NCBI GenBank assembly: GCA_965218095.1
Contig: OZ244587.1
Span: 3,264,001-3,328,000, forward strand
Source of the DNA: Candidatus Poribacteria bacterium
GTDB taxonomy: Bacteria; Poribacteria; WGA-4E; PCPOR2b
DNA: 64,000 nucleotides
Reading direction: 5' to 3'
Every line of letters starts with the position of its first letter. The first letter of the stretch is position 1. A program made the translations under genes and the position numbers. Of the stretch, positions 9,654 to 16,338 are shown piece by piece. Under the pieces are notes generated by a model that was not told where the DNA came from, ran no database searches, and worked only from the letters and a program-made list of their open reading frames with translations.

Positions 9654-10268
9654 ATGTCAGATGAATACAAAACTATCGTCGGAATCGCTGAGTCGAAACT
9701 CGTTATCAAAAAATCCCGGTTTATCGGGCTAGCCGCATCGGTCGATACGATAGAGGGGTCAAAAGCGTTCTTAGATCTTGCCAGGAAGAAGTACCCCAAT
9801 GCCTCGCACTACTGTTACGGATATAGTATCGGTTGGGGGCGTGAAAAGCGGGAATATGCAACCGATGCTGGCGAGCCGACAAACTCTGCAGGTCCCCCAA
9901 TCTTAGTTGCCGTGATTGCATCCGGGCTATTGAACGTGCTCTCTGTTGTTGTACGCTATTACGGTGGTATTAATCTTGGCGTTGGTGGCCTCATTCGGGC
10001 TTATGGGGGGTGTACGCGAGACTGTTTAGCGAGCGCAAAAATTGAAAATCGGATTTTTTACCAGACGTTACAGGTTCGGACGCCGAATGAACGGATTGGT
10101 TCAGTGCTCAATCTGTGTCACAGATTAGGAGGAAAAGTGATGAATGTCGAATATGATCAGTGTGCGACTGCCCATCTTCGGATACGTCAACGAGAGATTG
10201 AAAATTTTCAAGTAAATTTGCGAAGAATCAGCCCTGATATTGATGTGATTTGTCCTGTGATCGTCTAA
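9654..10268 (+). CDS. yigZ: YigZ/IMPACT family protein
   Basis: IKKSRFI, ASHYCYGY, DAGEP..SAG.P and VVRYYGGINLGVGGLIRAY motifs. Confidence 0.9.
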   Translation: MSDEYKTIVGIAESKLVIKKSRFIGLAASVDTIEGSKAFLDLARKKYPNASHYCYGYSIGWGREKREYATDAGEPTNSAGPPILVAVIASGLLNVLSVVVRYYGGINLGVGGLIRAYGGCTRDCLASAKIENRIFYQTLQVRTPNERIGSVLNLCHRLGGKVMNVEYDQCATAHLRIRQREIENFQVNLRRISPDIDVICPVIV

Positions 10269-10325
10269 TCCATTGGTTTTGAATCCTGGGCATGTAAGAG
10301 GTTAGGAAATACAGGAGGACCAGTC

Positions 10326-10757
10326 TTGAGCGAGGTAAAATACACCACTACACATGAATGGATTGAGGTTGGTGGTTCAGAAGGAATCGTCGGAATCACT
10401 GAACGCGCCCAATTAACGTATGGTGAAATTGTCTATGTTGAACTCCCTGCGGTTGGTGACGAGTATGAGCAAGACGAGATAATCGGCAGGGTAGAGGTCG
10501 CTGATGGTAAGAGTTACCCTATCCATGCACCCGTAACCGGGGAGATTAAACGGTTCAACTTTGACCATGCGGATGATCCGGATTTGATTAATCAGTCACC
10601 GGAAGGGGATGGTTGGATTTGCCGGATAAGCATTGAAAGTCGCAGAGAACTTGACATATTGATGACTGCTGATGCGTACGACAAGTATGAGGCGGAGGCG
10701 CTTGACGAAGAATACATGGATGAGGAAAGTTTCTATGATGATGACGAGGAATATTAA
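10326..10757 (+). CDS. gcvH: Glycine cleavage H-like protein with atypical lipoyl loop and acidic tail
   Basis: YTTTHEWI, VGITERAQ, GEIVYVELP, PVTGEI and PDLINQSPEGDGW motifs. TTG start with AGGAGG RBS. Confidence 0.75.
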   Translation: MSEVKYTTTHEWIEVGGSEGIVGITERAQLTYGEIVYVELPAVGDEYEQDEIIGRVEVADGKSYPIHAPVTGEIKRFNFDHADDPDLINQSPEGDGWICRISIESRRELDILMTADAYDKYEAEALDEEYMDEESFYDDDEEY

Positions 10758-11692
10758 TGGGCGCTGCCTGTGTCTGTTATAAAGATGCGGCGGAGGATGT
10801 TATGTTTCGGCACCTGGATAATCTGCCTCACATTGTAGCCCAAACCGATGAGGCGCCCGCTGAGATCTCGTATGTCGACAAAAGCGCATTTGGACGCGAT
10901 ATAGCGGATGTTCTGCAAAATTTCCTCGTCTCGTGAGATGTCACTGGTTAGCATGATGCCGTAAGGTAGATCTGTCGCCACGGCATCGAATCGTCCACGG
11001 ATTCGGCGTGCATCGCCAAGACAGACTTTGGCTGTCAAACTGTAGTAAGCTAGATTTGCCTGTGTCGCCTTGACCATGTTTGGGTTGATATCATATCCGA
11101 CAACATCCATCCCCATTTGTGCTGCTTCTAACACGATTGTCCCTGTGCCGCAACAAGGGTCAACAAGTCGATCATTTGGGGAAGCAATCAGATTCACTAT
11201 CGCCCTCGCAAGCCTTGTGGGGAGTGAGCTTGATGTAACACGGGGGCGTTTTCGGTGGGCAACCCACCTACCGTCTGACTCAGACAAAAGCCTTCCGAAC
11301 CAGATCTTTCTGCTTGTCACCACAGTTAAAAAAATGACGCGTGGCTGCGTCAAACGAGCCCTTCCGCCGATAACCCCCCCGACTGTGTGAGCCATTTTCA
11401 TTGTATCCACTCGCAGATTACGTGGAAGCCGAATAACAGATACACGAAAATCCTCTGCGTGTAATTCAGCGGATTTGATTTGTGCACATATCTCCGCCAC
11501 GCTTCCCCCCTCAAATAAGATCTCCATGCAGCTCTTGACATAAGCGCCCCGCTTGACATCAACGCACCTCTCCGAAATCGCAATTCCATAAGAATTTGGC
11601 GCATGGCCGGTTAATGCACGGGACTCTGCATTGATTAACTCTGTGTCTTGATTGGGGATCGCTGTCAGGTAGAGGTAGCTTCGGGTGGACAT
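10754..11692 (-). CDS. TRM11/Trm14-like SAM-dependent RNA methyltransferase
   Basis: SSLPTRLARAIVN, DPCCGTGT and ATDLPYG motifs. Confidence 0.8.
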   Translation of the reverse strand: MSTRSYLYLTAIPNQDTELINAESRALTGHAPNSYGIAISERCVDVKRGAYVKSCMEILFEGGSVAEICAQIKSAELHAEDFRVSVIRLPRNLRVDTMKMAHTVGGVIGGRARLTQPRVIFLTVVTSRKIWFGRLLSESDGRWVAHRKRPRVTSSSLPTRLARAIVNLIASPNDRLVDPCCGTGTIVLEAAQMGMDVVGYDINPNMVKATQANLAYYSLTAKVCLGDARRIRGRFDAVATDLPYGIMLTSDISRDEEILQNIRYIASKCAFVDIRDLSGRLIGLGYNVRQIIQVPKHNILRRIFITDTGSAH

Positions 11693-11724
11693 CTTTCCTA
11701 TCCTTATGAAGGGCTGATGCCGGG

Positions 11725-11753
11725 ATAGTATCACAATTCCTCGAAGATGTCAA
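11725..11753 (-). promoter_or_regulatory. sigma70 promoter of the methyltransferase
   Basis: TTGACA-17 bp-TACTAT on the minus strand. Confidence 0.6.
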
Positions 11754-12137
11754 TGAGGAGAAACACAGTCATTCTCCAGTACCCGAGCCGTTCAATAATC
11801 TCTCAGCCCGCCATCCGGGGCAATCAGCGCCGGACGGTCATAAGGTTGCGGCGGGTAATGTTTGAAGGCCTCTTCATTATCAATGATAAACTGACACTTT
11901 TGCCATCACGACGCAAATTTGGAGGAACTCGTAAACCGACTGAATTTAACCCGATTTAATATTGCGCGTTTTTCACCGATATGCTATAATCGGGTTTCCA
12001 ATTGCTTGGTTAAGTAATTTTCAGTATTAAGTATTTTATAAATAGTTTGTTTAACTTTCAGTCCAGGGACTCCGCTCCTGGCACGGATCCATGTAGATGA
12101 AAGAAATTATAACTTACTTAAACTATACATTCCGTTT

Positions 12138-12205
12138 GTAGTCGCGCAATTGATTGCGCGTTTGGGACAGCGATGAATCGTTTCACTACAAACCATTACT
12201 TTCTT
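12138..12205 (+). repeat. GTAG-type REP doublet (REPIN); left boundary of the R-M island
   Basis: GTAGTCGCGCAATTGATTGCGCG...GCGATGAATCGTTTCACTAC followed by AAACCATTACTTTCTT. Homologs at 12786, 19970 and 24494. Confidence 0.8.
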
Positions 12206-12211
12206 TCTGAT

Positions 12212-12470
12212 ATGGCGCGAAGGAAGCGCACATCCCAAGAAACAGAAATCCAAGATTACCGACACGAGGCCGCCACCCGAAAGAACAATCCACCTGTGGG
12301 CATCGCCTCACACGGCGTAATCCGCGAAACACCGAAGCAGAAATACGCCTACAACCCCACCTGCCGCCAAGTCTACCGCCCTGCAGCAGATGTTGAGAGC
12401 ATCTCCACGCTATGGTATAATCCGAAGCCGTGTGGAATGTGTAACAGACCGTTGCCGGTGATCAGGTGTT
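12212..12470 (+). repeat. Truncated mod 5' copy 1 plus shared promoter tail
   Basis: Encodes DYRHEAATRKNNPPVGIASH...YAYNP, matching the mod N-terminus at 16381-16496. 12251-12470 matches 14694-14914 with 10 differences by manual count. Confidence 0.9.
12393..12421 (+). promoter_or_regulatory. sigma70-like promoter in repeat copy 1
   Basis: TTGAGA-17 bp-TATAAT with a TGn extension. Identical copy at 14837-14865. Confidence 0.65.
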
Positions 12471-12734
12471 TTTGACTTCGCTCAGTCTTTTTCCGGTGTG
12501 ATGGGCATCGGTAGGCCTGTCCTTGGATGCGAGTGGGTGTGCTAAGTTGTAATCCACACCTTGCGTGACGCGGACAACGCCCTTTGAAGTGGCAACAAGG
12601 CGGTCATATTCTGCTAAAAGCCGATGGTTGATCTTCGGATTGTTTTTGATGGTAATCATGTCAGTTCTCTCTGAAGTCTTCTTTCCGACATCCTCTGCTG
12701 GAGAGGGAATAAGGGATTGGCATGAGTTTCTCAT
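12462..12734 (-). CDS. Small hypothetical protein (90 aa), paralog of 14906-15232
   Basis: AGGAGG RBS. Shared NNPKI...RLVA.SKG.VRV.QG.DY.L.HPL motif. Confidence 0.7.
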   Translation of the reverse strand: MRNSCQSLIPSPAEDVGKKTSERTDMITIKNNPKINHRLLAEYDRLVATSKGVVRVTQGVDYNLAHPLASKDRPTDAHHTGKRLSEVKNT

Positions 12735-12757
12735 TGTAAACCTCCTTATAATTATAT

Positions 12758-12873
12758 GATAACCCAAGTTGCTACTCTTTGGTTAGTAGTAGCGCAATTC
12801 ATTGCGCGTTCTTCTGTTCTTCTTTGCGTCCTTGCGTTCTATTTTTCTTATCAAGGTAGCAACTCGGATTATA
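12758..12873. repeat. TA-terminated MITE-like element containing a nested REP
   Basis: Inverted ends TAACCCAAGTTGCTAC and GTAGCAACTCGGATTA. Internal REP GTAGTAGCGCAATTCATTGCGCG at 12786-12808. Confidence 0.55.
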
Positions 12874-12955
12874 ATATCATGATTTTGCATTTAATACCAG
12901 CATTTTATGCTCACCACTAACGAATATGCTTGATTTTAATATCTGAGATAATCTC

Positions 12956-14113
12956 ATGGCTGAATACATTCAAGGGATTAATCCCACCATAGTCAAGTGG
13001 GCGAGAGAACGCTCAGGATACACCCTGCGAGAAGTCGCCAAATTCTTCAAGAAGAATGTCGAAACCATTGCCAATTGGGAGTCTGGGGCAGCTGCGCCGA
13101 CTTATGTTCAACTTGAAAAGCTGGCTGACAAATACAAACGACCCGTCGCCATGTTCTTCTTCCCGGAACCTCCCAATGAGACCGATTTTGTGGGACAACT
13201 TGCACTGCGAAGCTCCGAAATTGAGCAACTGGATCCAGGTATCCGTATTCTGTTGCGTCAGGCATACGCAAGGCAACTTTCATTGATGGAACTGAACATG
13301 GACGTGAATCCTGTAGAAACAAAAATTTTCCGCGATCTTCACCCCCAACTTGGCGACTCACCAACAGAGTTGGCACAACAAACCCGAGCGTACTTGGACA
13401 TAAGCGTTGACACGCAAGCAGGCTGGAATAGCGCGAAAGAAGCACTCGGAAATTGGCTAGAAAGTGTTGAGGAAAAAGGTATCTTCGTTTTTAAGGCTGC
13501 CTTCCAAAACGACTCCGTTGATGGCTTTTGTCTCGTCCACGAGCAGTTTCCTGTTATCTACCTCAACAATAGTAGATCGTCTGTCAGACAGATTTTCTCA
13601 CTCTTTCATGAGTTAGCTCATCTCTTACTCGGTGAGAATGGTATAACACGAGGCATCAACCCTGTAGGTGAGCAAATTGAGGTCTTTTGCAACCAATTTG
13701 CTGCTGAATTTCTGGTGCCGTCTGGCGATCTGGAACCCCGACTCAGCTATCCGGTTTACAATGACGCTGCAATAGAGGAGTTGGCAAGTTACTATAAGGT
13801 GAGTCGTCCTGTCATTCTGCTGAGACTGATTAATCAGGGCACCCTCAAACAAAACAGCTACAGGCGGAGGGCCGCCCGATGGACTGAAGAGTACGAATCC
13901 CGCCTAGAAGGAAGGGCAGGAGGTGAATCCCCAGGCGGAGGAAACTATTATAACACCCACGCAGTGTATTTAGGATACAAATTTATAGAACTTGCGTTCA
14001 GCAGATATCATCAGGGACAGTGTTCAATGGAAGAACTTGCAGAACATCTGAGCGTCAAGGCTAAAAACTTGCCTGGTCTCGAAGATTGCCTATTGAGGAA
14101 GATAACCCGCTAA
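12956..14113 (+). CDS. XRE-HTH plus ImmA/IrrE family metallopeptidase
   Basis: N-terminal HTH (WARERSG...WESG..PT..QL). RQIFSLFHELAH (HExxH) and EVFCNQFAAEFLVP. Confidence 0.9.
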   Translation: MAEYIQGINPTIVKWARERSGYTLREVAKFFKKNVETIANWESGAAAPTYVQLEKLADKYKRPVAMFFFPEPPNETDFVGQLALRSSEIEQLDPGIRILLRQAYARQLSLMELNMDVNPVETKIFRDLHPQLGDSPTELAQQTRAYLDISVDTQAGWNSAKEALGNWLESVEEKGIFVFKAAFQNDSVDGFCLVHEQFPVIYLNNSRSSVRQIFSLFHELAHLLLGENGITRGINPVGEQIEVFCNQFAAEFLVPSGDLEPRLSYPVYNDAAIEELASYYKVSRPVILLRLINQGTLKQNSYRRRAARWTEEYESRLEGRAGGESPGGGNYYNTHAVYLGYKFIELAFSRYHQGQCSMEELAEHLSVKAKNLPGLEDCLLRKITR

Positions 14114-14583
14114 TGGCTTACGTATTTGACACCAACAGTTTTAGGGTGCTTGGGAACTACTATCCTGAACAATTTCCAACTTTTTGGGAAAAATTCAATC
14201 AGGCAGTAACCTTTGGAAAGATAATCTCTGTGAGAGAGACCCGCAGGGAACTAGAGTTCCAAGTACATCATCCCCATTTATTTGATTGGGTGAAAGATTA
14301 CGGACATCTTTTTTTGTCCCCTCGACCAGCGGAAATGCAGTTCGTCAGTGATATTTTTTCTGTTTCACATTTCCAAACGTTAGTGAATGCGAAAACTCGT
14401 TTACTCGGCCAACCGTGTGCAGATCCGTTTATTATCGCAAAAGCGAAGTTCATAGATGGTTGTGTTGTCACAGAAGAAAAGTGGAAGCAAAACGCTGCGA
14501 AAATCCCGAACGTTTGTGAGCATTTTGAGGTGGACTGCACAAACCTCCAAGGGTTCATGGAAAGAGAGGGTTGGACGTTCTAA
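14113..14583 (+). CDS. DUF4411 family PIN-like nuclease
   Basis: YVFDTNSF, F..FW, ADPFIIAKA, VVTEE and KIPNVC motifs. TAATG coupling to the upstream gene. Confidence 0.85.
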   Translation: MAYVFDTNSFRVLGNYYPEQFPTFWEKFNQAVTFGKIISVRETRRELEFQVHHPHLFDWVKDYGHLFLSPRPAEMQFVSDIFSVSHFQTLVNAKTRLLGQPCADPFIIAKAKFIDGCVVTEEKWKQNAAKIPNVCEHFEVDCTNLQGFMEREGWTF

Positions 14584-14648
14584 CTTTGCTCGGTATTGAC
14601 AAGCAACAAATCCCTAACCCCGGAAACTCAGAAGAAGGAAAGAAAGAT

Positions 14649-14914
14649 ATGGCACGAACGAAACGCCCTGCCAAAAAGCAGGAAACCGAAACCCAAGATT
14701 ACCGGCACGACGACGCCACCCGAAAGAACAACCCGCCTGCGGGCATCGCCTCACACGGCGTAATCCGCGAAACACCGAAGCAGGAATACGCCTACAACCC
14801 CCACCTGCCGCCAAGTCTACCGCCCTGCAGCAGATGTTGAGAGCATCTCCACGCTATGGTATAATCCGAAGCCATGTGGAATGTGTAACAGACCTTTGCC
14901 GGTGATCAGGTGTT
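14649..14914 (+). repeat. Truncated mod 5' copy 2 (ORF 14649-14840) plus shared promoter tail
   Basis: MARTKRPAKKQETETQDYRHDDATRKNNPPAGIASH...YAYNPHLPP followed by a stop. Has its own purine-rich RBS. Confidence 0.9.
14837..14865 (+). promoter_or_regulatory. sigma70-like promoter in repeat copy 2
   Basis: TTGAGA-17 bp-TATAAT. Confidence 0.65.
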
Positions 14915-15232
14915 CTTAGCTTCGCTTAGGCTTTTTCCAATCTCACGGGGATCAGTGGACACGTCATTGGATCCAAGTGGATGTGACAGATGGTAATCTG
15001 CACCTTGTACGACGCGGACAATACCTTTTGAAGCAGCAACAAGGCGTTCATATTCCTCAGTCACACGGTAGAATTCTGATAAAAGTTCATGGTCAATCTT
15101 CGGATTGTTTTCGACAGTAATTGTGTTAACCCTTTGTTCGTGCGGTGTAGAAACCTCTACAGCTCTCTCAGAAGTCTTATCTCTGACATCCTCTGTTGAA
15201 AAGGAGATAAGGGATTGGCGTGAGTCCTTCAT
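14906..15232 (-). CDS. Small hypothetical protein (108 aa) directly downstream of the SDH protease
   Basis: AAGGGGG RBS, 21 bp after the protease stop codon. Paralog at 12462-12734. Confidence 0.72.
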   Translation of the reverse strand: MKDSRQSLISFSTEDVRDKTSERAVEVSTPHEQRVNTITVENNPKIDHELLSEFYRVTEEYERLVAASKGIVRVVQGADYHLSHPLGSNDVSTDPREIGKSLSEAKNT

Positions 15233-15253
15233 TGTGAACCCCCTTGTCTTTGA

Positions 15254-16108
15254 TCAGAAGTATTTGCAGGTGTGCACAAACGAGCCTCCTTGAATATAAT
15301 CTTTGAGCAGCCCAACGTAGTTATCAAGAACAAGGGAGAGGTTGGGGGTATCTTCCAACTTCTCGATTTTCAAGTTTATGTCCGGATCCGAGGTTAGTAT
15401 GTCTCTGGAAATCATGCGTCCATGAGAATGCCAACGTTCATTATCACTCAACATAGCTGCAATCTCTTTTGCTCTTTGCTTCTTTTCATCTTCCGTCACA
15501 GTTGCTCCAGTTGAACTGTGGGTCTTCCAGTTCTTGAACTTATAGGTGGAGAGCCATTGAGTCAAAAGATCGTGCGACAACTGGCGTGCTTGTTCAAATT
15601 GGTCAAGCTCACCCAAGTCAAGTTTGTTGAGAAGCACCAGTTCGGCAGTGTTCAACTCGCCAGCCTCCGCTTTTGCGTGCAGCCGCTGATACTGGTTTAA
15701 ATACGACAAGGCTGGAACAAGTTTTTCGTCCTTCACAATTTGGGGATCGATGGGCCCCAAACACGAAAAGTAGCCCATGAAGATCCGGTCGCCCGCCATC
15801 ACGAAAACTGTACCGGCGGACATGGCTCGGTCAGGGATCAGGAAGTCAACTGCAGCATAGTAGTGGCGAATAACAGACACGATACGTTCAACTACTTCGA
15901 CTATGCCACCAGGCGTGTCTAAGACAATCGCTATTCTGGACTTTCGTTTTTGGAACGACTCAACAGCACTCCTTACTCTATTCTCTAAACCGTACAATAT
16001 CGGACTGAAGATTGTAAGCGCGTCTGCTTTGAGAATTTTTTCAATCTTGCCGAGATACTTATTGAGTTGGGTATTTGTGTGATGATCGACCGGGCGGAGT
16101 GTTACCAT
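15254..16108 (-). CDS. SDH-family ClpP-class serine protease
   Basis: LDTPGG, AMSAGT (catalytic Ser), LGPIDPQI and WHSHGRMI motifs. Confidence 0.88.
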   Translation of the reverse strand: MVTLRPVDHHTNTQLNKYLGKIEKILKADALTIFSPILYGLENRVRSAVESFQKRKSRIAIVLDTPGGIVEVVERIVSVIRHYYAAVDFLIPDRAMSAGTVFVMAGDRIFMGYFSCLGPIDPQIVKDEKLVPALSYLNQYQRLHAKAEAGELNTAELVLLNKLDLGELDQFEQARQLSHDLLTQWLSTYKFKNWKTHSSTGATVTEDEKKQRAKEIAAMLSDNERWHSHGRMISRDILTSDPDINLKIEKLEDTPNLSLVLDNYVGLLKDYIQGGSFVHTCKYF

Positions 16109-16161
16109 AGTTTTTCTGATTGGGCTAAATCGCCTCCTTAGTTTTAAAGGGTTTATATGGT

Positions 16162-16248
16162 ATAATGATATTATGATATCATAAGATATTATTATATCAT
16201 AATTTGGCACTATATGCCATAATTTGGCACTATATGCCGTAATTTGGC
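16162..16248. repeat. Tandem operator-like repeats in the divergent protease/mod promoter region
   Basis: GATATTA(TG/TT)ATATC twice, then a 20-bp unit containing AATTTGGCACTATATGCC at 16201 and 16221 with a partial third copy at 16241. Confidence 0.8.
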
Positions 16249-16338
16249 CCTTTGTACCAGCGAAAATTTTATACTCACCACCAGCATCCGAAACCACTTT
16301 AGGGGCGTGGACCCCTAGCCCTATAAGGAAACAATTTA

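Noticed and set aside
12000-12125. AT-rich segment with TTAAGTAA inverted ends and a CCAGG hairpin as an ncRNA or MITE
   Set aside because: It is single-copy in the window with only an 8-bp inverted match, which is insufficient support.
16201-16248. Possible CRISPR array (also 3728-3778)
   Set aside because: The units are adjacent tandem repeats without unique spacers, and there are no cas genes in the window.
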